Shown here: in pieces, positions 15,908 to 24,436 of the stretch
Layout: every line of letters starts with the position of its first letter
Numbering within the stretch: position 1 is the first letter of the stretch
IMG/VR virus record: IMGVR_UViG_3300037515_000678
Location: 1-31,439 of that record
Source of the DNA: a virus
Taxonomy: Duplodnaviria; Caudoviricetes
Direction: 5' to 3' (one strand)
DNA: 31,439 nucleotides
Position numbers and translations under genes: made by a program
Notes under the pieces: model-generated
What the model saw: only the letters and a program-made list of their open reading frames with translations
Databases searched by the model: none
Told to the model about the DNA's origin: nothing

Positions 15908-17986
15908 TCACTGCTGCCCCGAGCCGCCCGTCTGCGCTGGCCGCCAAACCCCTGTGACCGTGCCTCTGCAGCGCTCCCGGCCGAGGCAGTCGACGTACGC
16001 GCCGTACGCCCCGCCCGGGTAGGACTTCTCGACCTGGTCCATCTGCGAGATGTTGCCGAGCCAGCGGCCATTCACTGCCAAACATGGGCCACAAGTATGA
16101 GAATCGTTCTTTTCTGACGCATATAGGGCGCCTTCCGGCGCCGCCCGCAACGTCTCGATTCGGCCCGCGTTCTGCGCGCCGGTCAACGCCCCGCCCAGCT
16201 GCCGGCGCGGTTCGGCGTCGGTCAGCGAGTCGAGGTGCTCGGCCACGGCATCCGCGATCTGCCCGGCGGACACCCCCGGCCCGTTCGCTCTCATCGCCGC
16301 GCCCGCCGCCGAGAGGACCAGCCCGGCGGCGAGCATCCGGGCGACCACCGTCGCCACCTCGGCCAGGTCGCCCGGCTGCTTCGGCGCCACGGTCACGTCC
16401 TGCGCGGCGGCCTCCGCGACGACCCGCCGAGCGGCCAGGTCAGCGACGTCGGCCATCGCCGCTTCGAGCGCCGCCGCCGCCTCGGCCGAGTCAACGGTCA
16501 GCCCGGTCAGGTCCGTCAACGTCCCCGACGTGGCGATCCGCTTCACCTCAGCCACGAGCGTCGCCTTCTGCGCCGCGGACAGGTCCTCCCAGCGGGCCAG
16601 CAGCCGCGCCAGCGCCCGCTCCCACTGGCCCTGCAGCGGGGTCACGTCGGGCAGGTCGTCCGGGTCCAGGTCGGCGGCGTTGCGGGGGCCGGCCAGCGCC
16701 AGCGGCGCGCGGTGGGACGCGACCGCGAACGGGACCCGCCGGGCGGCAACCGCAGCCGGCGCCGGCTCGGGGGCGACAACCGGCCCTGCGGCGACCGCGA
16801 TGTCCGGCAGACCCACCGCGGTCAGCACCCCGCCCCGGTCGTACCCGGCCTCGACCAGCGCCTTCGCCGCACCCGACCGGGCGGTCAGCTCGGCGTTGTC
16901 CGCCTCACGGTCAGCGGCCACCGGGGAGTCGAAGTCCCATTCCAGGCCGACCGCGGTCGCACCGAACAGCGGCAGGAAATCGTTGTTCAGCGCGCCCTTG
17001 ATGCGCTCCAGGCGGGGCACGGTGATCTGCTCGGCGAACCACGCCTTCGACGCCTCGGCGGTCGCCCGGTTCACATCTGCGACGTCACCGACCGCGAACT
17101 TCGGCATCCCGAACGCCTCGCGGATCGTGTCCTTGCTGACTGCCCGCAGCTCAGCGAACTGCATGTCCCTCTGCGTGAACTTCCTATCCACCCACTTGCC
17201 GTGCTCCAAGATGGCGACCCGGTGAGCATTCGCCACGCCCTGGTGCTGCTCCCGCCAGCGGGAAGTCATCTCGTCGAACTCGGTGTCTTCCAGCCGGCGG
17301 TCGACCTCGATGATCCCGCCCGGCTCAGCCGAGTTGCGAAAGAAGCTCCGGTTCCACTCGGCGGTGTACTTCTCCGCGTCGAGGTCGACGAGGATCGCCT
17401 GCACCGGACCCATCCCCCGGTACGGGTCCAGCGGGTTCGGCATCCGGATCTGGATGACCTCGTCGAGCGCGAGCGGCACCTGCTCCCCGTCGGGCGAGGT
17501 GTAGACGTAGCCGGCGAGGAACTTCTCCCGGTGCGGCACCGGGGTCATCCGGTCCGGGCGGACCGGCCACAGTTCCAGCGGGATCGACCGCAGGGCCGGG
17601 TTGCGGGCGACGACCCACCAGCCCTCACCGGTCAGGTCGACGTGCTGCTGGAAGGTCTCGACGAACTCCTGCCGGGGCATGAACGGGTTCGGCTTCGTCC
17701 AGATGTCGAGCGCCAGGTGGCGGGTCTTCTCGACCCGGTCCTCCGGCTTCCCGGAGGCTGCCTTCTGCCACAGCCGCCAGTTCACCGCAGCGGCAGCGGT
17801 GCTGGTCCGGTTGACGATCGCGAACAGCGTGCCCACCGCGCCCATGGCCCGCATCTGCGCCTCGGCGCCGCCACCGCCCAGGCCGAACGGGAGCCGGCGG
17901 ACCTCACCGCGGCCGGAGTACGGCACCGGCGACTCGTTGCGTGGCCGGCGGACGACGTCGACCGCGCCGCCGATCAACGACCTCAC
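15908..17986 (-). CDS. Portal protein (HK97 family) fused to a head-morphogenesis (MuF-like) domain
   Basis: LWPVRPDRM, NPLDPYRGMGP and FFRNSAEPGG motifs; C-terminal ASEKND..TCGPC..C.GRERCRG. Confidence 0.92.
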   Translation of the reverse strand: MRSLIGGAVDVVRRPRNESPVPYSGRGEVRRLPFGLGGGGAEAQMRAMGAVGTLFAIVNRTSTAAAAVNWRLWQKAASGKPEDRVEKTRHLALDIWTKPNPFMPRQEFVETFQQHVDLTGEGWWVVARNPALRSIPLELWPVRPDRMTPVPHREKFLAGYVYTSPDGEQVPLALDEVIQIRMPNPLDPYRGMGPVQAILVDLDAEKYTAEWNRSFFRNSAEPGGIIEVDRRLEDTEFDEMTSRWREQHQGVANAHRVAILEHGKWVDRKFTQRDMQFAELRAVSKDTIREAFGMPKFAVGDVADVNRATAEASKAWFAEQITVPRLERIKGALNNDFLPLFGATAVGLEWDFDSPVAADREADNAELTARSGAAKALVEAGYDRGGVLTAVGLPDIAVAAGPVVAPEPAPAAVAARRVPFAVASHRAPLALAGPRNAADLDPDDLPDVTPLQGQWERALARLLARWEDLSAAQKATLVAEVKRIATSGTLTDLTGLTVDSAEAAAALEAAMADVADLAARRVVAEAAAQDVTVAPKQPGDLAEVATVVARMLAAGLVLSAAGAAMRANGPGVSAGQIADAVAEHLDSLTDAEPRRQLGGALTGAQNAGRIETLRAAPEGALYASEKNDSHTCGPCLAVNGRWLGNISQMDQVEKSYPGGAYGAYVDCLGRERCRGTVTGVWRPAQTGGSGQQ

Positions 17987-18243
17987 CCGTGGACGCGCCA
18001 TTCGAGGAGCAAGCACGCGGTGCCGGCCGCGAGGAAACCGGCCCAGGCGGCGACGGTGGCCGCGGCGGCGACGCCGAAGCCGAGCCCGACGGTGACCAGC
18101 GCGACCGGCTTGACCGCAGCCCACCCGCGGGCCAGCCCACGGCCGACGGCGGCGAGACGGCGGCGCGGCTGCCCAACCCGGGCGGCCCGGCCGATCAGGG
18201 ACGGAGCGTGGCCGTTCGACGGCGGGGCGAGAGTGGCGGTCAT
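17983..18243 (-). CDS. Small membrane protein preceding the portal
   Basis: Hydrophobic C-terminal half (VALVTVGLGFGVAAAATVAAWAGFLAAGTACLLLEW); GAGGAGG RBS. Confidence 0.7.
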   Translation of the reverse strand: MTATLAPPSNGHAPSLIGRAARVGQPRRRLAAVGRGLARGWAAVKPVALVTVGLGFGVAAAATVAAWAGFLAAGTACLLLEWRVHG

Positions 18244-18257
18244 CGTCTTGGGCCTCC

Positions 18258-18446
18258 TCAGCCGTCGAAGTCGGTCGGTGGGTGCTGCGCGTCCACGGGG
18301 TACGGCACGCTGACCACCGGCACGCTGACCACCTCGACCAGCCCGCCGGTCGACGGCGGCACGTAGCCGTTCGGGAGGCCACGGGTGCGGAGCACGAAGG
18401 TCTCCCCACGGCGGACCGGCGAGCCGGGCAGGAAGCACCACCTCAC
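18258..18446 (-). CDS. Hypothetical protein, 62 aa
   Basis: GTGA overlap with the upstream stop. Confidence 0.45.
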   Translation of the reverse strand: MRWCFLPGSPVRRGETFVLRTRGLPNGYVPPSTGGLVEVVSVPVVSVPYPVDAQHPPTDFDG

Positions 18447-18718
18447 CGGACCACCCCGATCTGCTCGGCCGCGACCACCAGCACCCGACCCCGCAGAGGC
18501 GTCTCCTCGATCGCCTCCTGGACGTGGTCCAGCTCGGCCGACGACGTGTCGGGCCGGCACCGGATCACCAGGGTGTCCCCCGGACCCACGACCAGCGCGG
18601 ACTCCACCACGGCCGGCGGCAACGGGACGTGCACCGGCCCGGCCGCCGCAGGCACGACCCGCTCGTCGTCGTCGTACGGCCCCGCGTCCTCACCCCGGGT
18701 CGTTCCGCCGCCGACCAT
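18443..18718 (-). CDS. Hypothetical protein, 91 aa
   Basis: TGATG coupling to TerL; LVVGPGDTLVIR. Confidence 0.65.
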   Translation of the reverse strand: MVGGGTTRGEDAGPYDDDERVVPAAAGPVHVPLPPAVVESALVVGPGDTLVIRCRPDTSSAELDHVQEAIEETPLRGRVLVVAAEQIGVVR

Positions 18719-20085
18719 CAGCCGAGCACCCGGATCCTCGGCCGCGCACCCAGGTCACGCTCGGCGCAGAGATAGCGGATCCCGTCGGCCCCATGATCAT
18801 CCTGCTTCACCGGCGCCTCCTTCAGCTTCTTCCCCCCACCCGTGTCCCAGATGTAGCCCGGGACCTCCTCCGCCGTGCACGCCGGCTTCCCCGCGTCCAC
18901 CAACTCCTGGTCCCGCTCCAGCAGCGCGTCCCGCATCAGCACCAGCCGCGGCCTGCCGTCACCCGCCGGCCGGAGCCGGGCCTGAACCGCCTGGATGCCG
19001 TCGGACACGCTCTTCCTCGCGGCGACGGTGCCCATGCCAAGGTGCCGCTCCAGCGTCGCCCGGTCCTCCGCGTCGTGATCGCAGATGACGGCCCGCGGCC
19101 GCGGCTCGATCCACGTGCAGTCGCGGTGCCGCTCCGCCGGGTCGGCCGCCGACTGATCGCAGGTCCCGCCGTGGACCGCGGCGAGGATCGTCCGGGCGTG
19201 GTCCTCCACCAGCCGCCGCGAGTGGTAGATCTCCCTGACGAGGTAAAGCCGGCCGTCGCCGTCCTCGGCCCAATCCTGCCAACAGAAAGGCGCGGTGTAA
19301 CCGAAGTCGACCGCCCACCAGCGGGTCCAGTCCGGCGGCACGTCGAACCGGTCGACCAGGTGGATCGACTCGTCCCACGATTCGTAAATCTGGCCTTCCG
19401 CGGCAACCCATCTCCCCCACCGCATCCGCTGGTACCGCGGGCCGGAGAGGCCGTCGAGCCGGTCCAGGTACGTCCGGCCGTACTCCGTCCACTCGCCGTT
19501 CTGGTAGAGGCGGGGGTTGTCCTCGTGGCGGCTGTACAGCATGGTGCAGCGCCCGGAGTCCGCCCTGACCTTCAGGTGGTGGGTAGGCGGCCCGGGGTTG
19601 GTCGCGAGGATCAATTGCTGGTAGGAAGCCAGCCGCCCATTCCGGAGACGGGTAGTGATCATGTCGAGATCTTCGGGCGTGGTCTCAATTGCTTCGTCCA
19701 CGAAAGAGATATCATATTCGGTACTCAACAAACGCGAGGCACGGTCAAGTCCCCCAACGACAATGACCGAGCCATTAATGTAGCGGAAGCTCGCCGGCTC
19801 CTGGGCAGAACCTCCGTAGAAGCTCAAGAGCCCGGCGGCCAGAGCCTCGCCCGCGACCTTCTGCCGGAACGTCACCAGGGTGGACGCGGTGAGCGAGGCA
19901 TGTGTCTTGCGGACGATGAGCGTTCGGACTTTCGGTGTAGCCAGGCACGCGAGGTGGACTTTCATCAAGGCGCCCACCGATTTTCCAGTACCAGCGCCGC
20001 CGCTCAGCAGGACTTCATTCTGCTTGTTCCTGAAAAGCTCAAGCACGGCGCCTCTGGGCTCATACCTGACGACGGTGTCACCCAC
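18718..20085 (-). CDS. terL: Terminase large subunit
   Basis: Walker A GGAGTGKS; Walker B ISFVDEA; ATNP; nuclease motifs AVDFGY and [10 protein letters not shown]; GTG 20085 after GGAG. Confidence 0.95.
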   Translation of the reverse strand: MGDTVVRYEPRGAVLELFRNKQNEVLLSGGAGTGKSVGALMKVHLACLATPKVRTLIVRKTHASLTASTLVTFRQKVAGEALAAGLLSFYGGSAQEPASFRYINGSVIVVGGLDRASRLLSTEYDISFVDEAIETTPEDLDMITTRLRNGRLASYQQLILATNPGPPTHHLKVRADSGRCTMLYSRHEDNPRLYQNGEWTEYGRTYLDRLDGLSGPRYQRMRWGRWVAAEGQIYESWDESIHLVDRFDVPPDWTRWWAVDFGYTAPFCWQDWAEDGDGRLYLVREIYHSRRLVEDHARTILAAVHGGTCDQSAADPAERHRDCTWIEPRPRAVICDHDAEDRATLERHLGMGTVAARKSVSDGIQAVQARLRPAGDGRPRLVLMRDALLERDQELVDAGKPACTAEEVPGYIWDTGGGKKLKEAPVKQDDHGADGIRYLCAERDLGARPRIRVLG

Positions 20086-21085
20086 GGTGGTTCTCCAGGT
20101 AGGCCGCCGCCGCACGGAGGCGTTCAGGGGCGTCTTCAAACTTCCCTAGCCCCTGGTTGCATGCCATGCACAGGAAGCCCCGCACGCAACGTCCGCACGA
20201 GGTGCCCGGGTCGGGACAGCACGTGTGGTCATGGTCTACCGCCAGTAGGCGTCCCGAACTGCACTGACCCCCGCAGATGGCGCACCCGCCGCCCTGAGCG
20301 GTTAGCCGCTCCTGGTACTGGTCCCAGGTGATTCCATAGTTGGCCAGCCGGTGCTTGTCCCTGTTGCACTTCCTGCACATGTAGGCCAGCCCATCAGGGT
20401 GCCTACCATTCCGGCCAAACTCGACTTCCGGAAGCCAGATAAGACAGAAGCGGCACAGCTTCCGCCCCTGGTCGTCCCGCTTCAGGTGTGATCGCCATGC
20501 GCGGATCTCGGTCAGGGGCTTTCCGTCGGCCCTCTGCCTGTTATGCGCCTCGCACAGCCCATAAGCGGCCACGTACCGACCACAGTCAATGGAGGCGCAG
20601 ACACTCCGGGGCTTGACGATGACCTTCCCCGGGTCTCCGTGCTTCTTCCACCGGACGTAGTGCATGTCGCACCAGCCACGCTTCAGCGCGGGCTTGTCGC
20701 AAAGCGCAACCGCGCATCGGGAGCGCCCGGTCCCCTCGTCGCGCTGCCACTGGTTGTAGTGCCTACTGCACCATCCGCGGGCAACGTGGGAGCCGTTGCA
20801 TCCGCCGACCTGGCACACGCCGCCGGGGCGCACGGACATGGAGATGCCAGGATCGCCGTGCTTCTGCATTCGCTGGTAGTGCATGCCGCAGAGGCCCTTG
20901 GCCGCCGGGACGTGACCACAGTCCTCGACGATGCACTCAGTGTGCGCTCCGGGCGCGGCCTGTTCCTTAATCTCGGCGGGCCCCGGGTCGCCTGTCTTCT
21001 TCCAGCGTCGATAGTGGGTCCCGCAGTACCCCTTGCAGGAGTGGGGTCGATCGCATCCGGACACAGCACAGGTACGCTGCGACAC
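20078..21085 (-). CDS. Endonuclease VII-family nuclease with five N-terminal Zn-finger repeats
   Basis: Five C-x4-C-x7-GxCxxH repeats, then CRFC..CRKC, then [29 protein letters not shown]; inserted between terS and terL. Confidence 0.9.
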   Translation of the reverse strand: MSQRTCAVSGCDRPHSCKGYCGTHYRRWKKTGDPGPAEIKEQAAPGAHTECIVEDCGHVPAAKGLCGMHYQRMQKHGDPGISMSVRPGGVCQVGGCNGSHVARGWCSRHYNQWQRDEGTGRSRCAVALCDKPALKRGWCDMHYVRWKKHGDPGKVIVKPRSVCASIDCGRYVAAYGLCEAHNRQRADGKPLTEIRAWRSHLKRDDQGRKLCRFCLIWLPEVEFGRNGRHPDGLAYMCRKCNRDKHRLANYGITWDQYQERLTAQGGGCAICGGQCSSGRLLAVDHDHTCCPDPGTSCGRCVRGFLCMACNQGLGKFEDAPERLRAAAAYLENHRG

Positions 21086-21162
21086 GAGGGCACCTCTTCG
21101 CTAGGTGTTCTCCACGCCCCGGGCCGGTTCCAGCCGGCGCCGGGGTTTACTCGCTCATTCTA
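21086..21162 (-). promoter_or_regulatory. Structured leader of the Endo VII gene: TAGAAT -10, hairpin, RBS-occluding hairpin
   Basis: TAGAAT (21162-21157); CCCCGGcGCCGG-ctggaa-CCGGCCCGGGG (21145-21117); CACCT-agcgaag-AGGTG covering the SD. Confidence 0.6.
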
Positions 21163-21163
21163 T

Positions 21164-21640
21164 CTATTTCAGGGCATCCATGTCGGTGCCCACGATCTCG
21201 TACCGCACGGTCCCCGCGGTCGTCGCGTCCAACCTCTGCGGCGCGTCCAGCCCCAGCAGCCGCGCCCGCCGCTGCTCGATGTCGATCAACCGCGCCACCG
21301 CCGCCAGCTCCGGCCCGTCATCCCGCAACGGCTTCCCGTCGTCGTCGCGGATGATCCGCCCGTGGGACACGACGACGTGCAGCCGCTCCAGCACGGTCAC
21401 CGTCGCCCGGGACAGCGCGTCGAGCCGTTCCAACGCCAGCGCCCGGTGATGCTCCGTCGTCTCCGCCAGCTCGGCCCGGTTCGCGTCCAGCGCCCTCGTG
21501 ACGTCCTTGTGGGCGGCGGCCCGGTCCGCGTACCCGAGGGCGTCGGCGATGGCCTGCCACGTCTGACCCTGCGACCGGAGCGCGACCGCCTTGGCCCGGC
21601 GGGCAGCGACCTCGGCCCGCCTTGCCGTGGGTGTGCTCAT
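21164..21640 (-). CDS. terS: Terminase small subunit
   Basis: N-terminal HTH (GQTWQAIADALGY); LERLDAL and RRARLLGLDAP motifs; upstream of TerL. Confidence 0.85.
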   Translation of the reverse strand: MSTPTARRAEVAARRAKAVALRSQGQTWQAIADALGYADRAAAHKDVTRALDANRAELAETTEHHRALALERLDALSRATVTVLERLHVVVSHGRIIRDDDGKPLRDDGPELAAVARLIDIEQRRARLLGLDAPQRLDATTAGTVRYEIVGTDMDALK

Positions 21641-21671
21641 GTTGGCCGGCCTTCTGTGTTGGCCAGAAGTT

Positions 21672-22085
21672 CTATCCCAGCCTGAGCGTGATCCCGCTCG
21701 TCACGTCAGTGAGCGTCACACCCGAGAACCGCAGCGTCATCGGCGGGGAGCAGGACGGCTTGAGGACCGGCGTCAGCGTCAGCGCGCCGACGGCGTGACC
21801 ATTCTGGACCGGAAACGTCCCGGCCACCGAGACGGTCCGCTTGTTGTCGGCCTGCGGGTCGTTGCCGCCCGGGTTGACGCACTGCACCGACGCAGCCAGC
21901 ACGACGTGGACCTGGTCCTCGTCGCCCAACCCGGCTTCCTTGAACGCGACCGTCAGCGACGTGCCGGTGGTGGCGGTGACGCCGGTGGCGGACGCGATGA
22001 AGTGCGGGGAACCGGCCGACGCGGTGGGCACCGTGCCGAGGGACAGCGCCAGGGCGGCGGCGAGGACGGTGAGCAGCTTGCGCAT
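21672..22085 (-). CDS. Secreted protein with a Sec signal peptide, 137 aa
   Basis: MRKLLTVLAAALALSLGTVPTASA; beta-rich mature part containing two Cys. Confidence 0.8.
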   Translation of the reverse strand: MRKLLTVLAAALALSLGTVPTASAGSPHFIASATGVTATTGTSLTVAFKEAGLGDEDQVHVVLAASVQCVNPGGNDPQADNKRTVSVAGTFPVQNGHAVGALTLTPVLKPSCSPPMTLRFSGVTLTDVTSGITLRLG

Positions 22086-22120
22086 GAGGGATCCCCTACG
22101 TCGGGCCTTGCCTGCTGTAG

Positions 22121-22194
22121 TAGCGCCGGTCAGATTTGAACTGACGACCTCTGGATTATGAGCCCAGCGAGCTACCGAACTGCTCCACGGCGCG
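22121..22194 (-). tRNA. tRNA-Met(CAT), initiator (fMet) type; CCA not encoded
   Basis: Cloverleaf CGCGCCG TG GAGC AGTTCGGTA GCTC G CTGGG CTCATAA TCCAG AGGTC GTCAG TTCAAAT CTGAC CGGCGCT A; C1xU72 mismatch; A11-U24 pair. Confidence 0.93.
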
Positions 22195-22232
22195 ACGGGT
22201 GCTGCGGGGACACCACGAGCACCATCGCACGG

Positions 22233-22262
22233 ATCTTCGGTCACGCCGCTGACCTGCGTCAA
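22233..22262 (-). promoter_or_regulatory. Candidate late-operon promoter
   Basis: TTGACG-18 nt-GAAGAT in the gap before the tRNA and packaging genes. Confidence 0.4.
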
Positions 22263-22300
22263 CAAGGCGCAACGCGACACGCCGATGACGCCTGCCGTGT

Positions 22301-23209
22301 TCATGCCGGAACGCCCTCGGTGTGCCCGTCCGGGCGAAGTCGCCGCAGGGTCCGCTCCGCATCCACCACCGAGTAGCGGGCCGGCCGGCCACCGTCGGAC
22401 ACCCAGCGGTCGGCCTGCGCCCACCGGCGGATCGTGCGGGCCGGGACACCCCAGAGCCCGGACAGCTCGGAGTCGGTGAGCCGGACGTCCTTGTCGACCA
22501 GCCGGAGCCACCGCACCGGCGGCACCTCACGGCCGCACTCGTCGCAGGTGGCGTCGGAGAGGTGGTCGAGCCCGTCGCCGGGGAGGGTGACCACGAGCGT
22601 GCCGGGGCAGCGGTACACGGCGCGGGTGGCGACGTCGCACCACAGCGACAGGCCGCACGGAGCGACGGGCCGGCGCCGGTCACCACCCGGGTGCGCGACC
22701 CGGAACGCGTCCCAGTGGACGGCGTCGATGCCGGCGTGGAAATCGCCCACCCAGGTCTGCTCGCAGATCCAGTCGAGCATGGCGCCGCGCCGGCCCAGCA
22801 GGGAGCCGGCCATGGCCGGGACGGTGTCGTCCGGCAGGGCGAACCCTCGGTCCTCGGCGACCGCGCGGCACCAGGTGGAGAGCATGGTGCGGATCTCGGC
22901 GCGGGCGTTGGCGGGCTGGTCGCGCAGGTCGAGGCCGGCGTGTCCACCGGTCGAGATCTCGTTGCGGCCGCCGGCGGCGGCGTGGGCCTCGACGAGCCGC
23001 TCGTCGAGGCCGGGCAGCTCGATCAGGTCCAGGGCCATGGCCTTCCGGCAGCCGGCGCAGACCAGCGTCCCGTCCAGCACCCGCCGGGGCCGGCACGGGG
23101 CGCGACGGTGCTCGATGACGCAGCGGTACCTGCCCGGGATCCGGGACTGCACGTCCAGGCAGGGGGCGCGGTCGCAGTCCGGGCAGGTCTCGCCGTCCAG
23201 GCCCGTCAC
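22301..23209 (-). CDS. Zn-finger/HTH DNA-binding protein, putative late transcription regulator
   Basis: Multiple CxxC motifs; C-terminal HTH LTDSELSGLWGVPARTIRRWAQ; last gene before the late operon. Confidence 0.7.
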   Translation of the reverse strand: MTGLDGETCPDCDRAPCLDVQSRIPGRYRCVIEHRRAPCRPRRVLDGTLVCAGCRKAMALDLIELPGLDERLVEAHAAAGGRNEISTGGHAGLDLRDQPANARAEIRTMLSTWCRAVAEDRGFALPDDTVPAMAGSLLGRRGAMLDWICEQTWVGDFHAGIDAVHWDAFRVAHPGGDRRRPVAPCGLSLWCDVATRAVYRCPGTLVVTLPGDGLDHLSDATCDECGREVPPVRWLRLVDKDVRLTDSELSGLWGVPARTIRRWAQADRWVSDGGRPARYSVVDAERTLRRLRPDGHTEGVPA

Positions 23210-23415
23210 CGTCGCCTCCCGCTGGGAGTCCGGGTCTTCGGGGCCTTCCGCCGCGGCGTGCGGTGCCCGACGTGCCAGTGCGACCCGCACGGGTACACCT
23301 TGAGCCGGTGTCCGCGGGGGTCGCCGGCCTTGCGCAGTCCGGCGCGGTGCCGCAAGGCGTCGGCCTCGGTGGGGTGGGCGAGCTTGCCGTTCTCGCACTC
23401 GTACGGCGGCGTCAC
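23206..23415 (-). CDS. Small Zn-binding protein, 69 aa
   Basis: C..GK..H..EADA..VYPC.SHWHVGH; coupled on both sides. Confidence 0.7.
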   Translation of the reverse strand: MTPPYECENGKLAHPTEADALRHRAGLRKAGDPRGHRLKVYPCGSHWHVGHRTPRRKAPKTRTPSGRRR

Positions 23416-23474
23416 GGCCGGCCGGCCTTCCTGCGGTCACCGGCGGAACCGCGAGCCACGACGACGGGCTTCAC
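23412..23474 (-). CDS. 20-aa micro-ORF
   Basis: MKPVVVARGSAGDRRKAGRP; GTGA overlaps at both ends. Confidence 0.4.
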   Translation of the reverse strand: MKPVVVARGSAGDRRKAGRP

Positions 23475-23719
23475 GGCGCACCGGCCGGCAGCGAGTCCAG
23501 CCAGTCCCGGCCATCGGGCCCGTTGCACCAGGCGCGGACGTCGGCGTGCGTCCGGAAACCCTCCACGCCGGTGCCGCGGTGGGTGACCGACCAGCCGCGG
23601 TCGTAGTAGCGGCTGTGGCGGACCAGTACCGGCGGGGTCCAGCGTTGCTTGCCGCGGGTGACCTGCCACTCGCCGTCGTACCGGCGCAGCGTCACCGGCG
23701 AGTACATCGCGGCGGTCAC
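23471..23719 (-). CDS. Hypothetical protein, 82 aa
   Basis: GTGA coupling; MTAAMYSPVTLRRYDGEW... Confidence 0.6.
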   Translation of the reverse strand: MTAAMYSPVTLRRYDGEWQVTRGKQRWTPPVLVRHSRYYDRGWSVTHRGTGVEGFRTHADVRAWCNGPDGRDWLDSLPAGAP

Positions 23720-23943
23720 GGCAGCCGCTCCCGCTGCGGCTGGGCGTCGGAGTACCCGGCGACCGCGGCACGCCAGCGACGACGGGCGTTGCCCACCCAG
23801 GCGCATGCGCCGAGCGTGGCGAGCGCTCCCCAAGCGGCGGCCGGGTAGCGGCCGGCCAGCGCGTCGGCGCACATGCCCAGCGTGGTGACGAGCACGCAGA
23901 ACACCGCCCAGGCGGTGACCGCGGTCCACAGGATGACCTTCAT
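23716..23943 (-). CDS. Small membrane protein with two TM segments
   Basis: MKVILWTAVTAWAVFCVLVTTLG..AAWGALATLGACAWV; ATGA coupling. Confidence 0.65.
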   Translation of the reverse strand: MKVILWTAVTAWAVFCVLVTTLGMCADALAGRYPAAAWGALATLGACAWVGNARRRWRAAVAGYSDAQPQRERLP

Positions 23944-24185
23944 CGCCGGACCACCGTCCGCTGAGTAATCCGCGGCCCGTCCGGGGTCGCGGTGATGACG
24001 ATGTCGACGAGCTGCCCGTCGAGTTCCGGGTCCGCGTCCTCGTCGTGCACCAGGACGTCGACGCAGCGCGGGTAGCGGGACGGTCGGGTGGTCTCGGTGA
24101 AGACGACCCTGAGCGGCTTGGTCCAGTCGGCGCGGCCGGCCCAGAAGTGCTCGCTGACGGCGACCCAGTACGACACGGCAGTCAC
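23940..24185 (-). CDS. Hypothetical protein, 81 aa
   Basis: GTGA coupling; GGCGG-like RBS. Confidence 0.65.
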   Translation of the reverse strand: MTAVSYWVAVSEHFWAGRADWTKPLRVVFTETTRPSRYPRCVDVLVHDEDADPELDGQLVDIVITATPDGPRITQRTVVRR

Positions 24186-24436
24186 TTGTAGCCGCCGATC
24201 CACGCCCGGTCCTCGCAGACGCCGTCGGAGTGACCACGGCGCTTGTCGCAGGACAGCGCGAGCCCGGCGGCCGGGCGAGCGGCTCGGCAGTGCGTACCGG
24301 CCAACCGGCGCAGCACCCCGGGGATGCCGTGCAATCGCTCACCGATGCTGCGGCCCTTGCGCCACCTCCAGCGTCGCGAATCGACGGTGAGCCGCGGGTT
24401 GCCGTGCGCTTCCATGAACGGAATCTCCTCGCTCAC
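24182..24436 (-). CDS. Hypothetical protein, 84 aa
   Basis: GTGA coupling; C..C..H..C cluster. Confidence 0.6.
   Translation of the reverse strand: MSEEIPFMEAHGNPRLTVDSRRWRWRKGRSIGERLHGIPGVLRRLAGTHCRAARPAAGLALSCDKRRGHSDGVCEDRAWIGGYK

Noticed and set aside
17983-18243. Holin
   Set aside because: No endolysin nearby; small membrane proteins commonly precede portal genes
18718-20085. Intein or intron in terL
   Set aside because: Normal length with contiguous motifs; only a ~20-aa Cys/His loop insertion and no splicing motifs
22121-22194. tRNA as a prophage attachment site or host boundary
   Set aside because: Phage genes continue on both sides; no integrase or duplicated 3' fragment in the window
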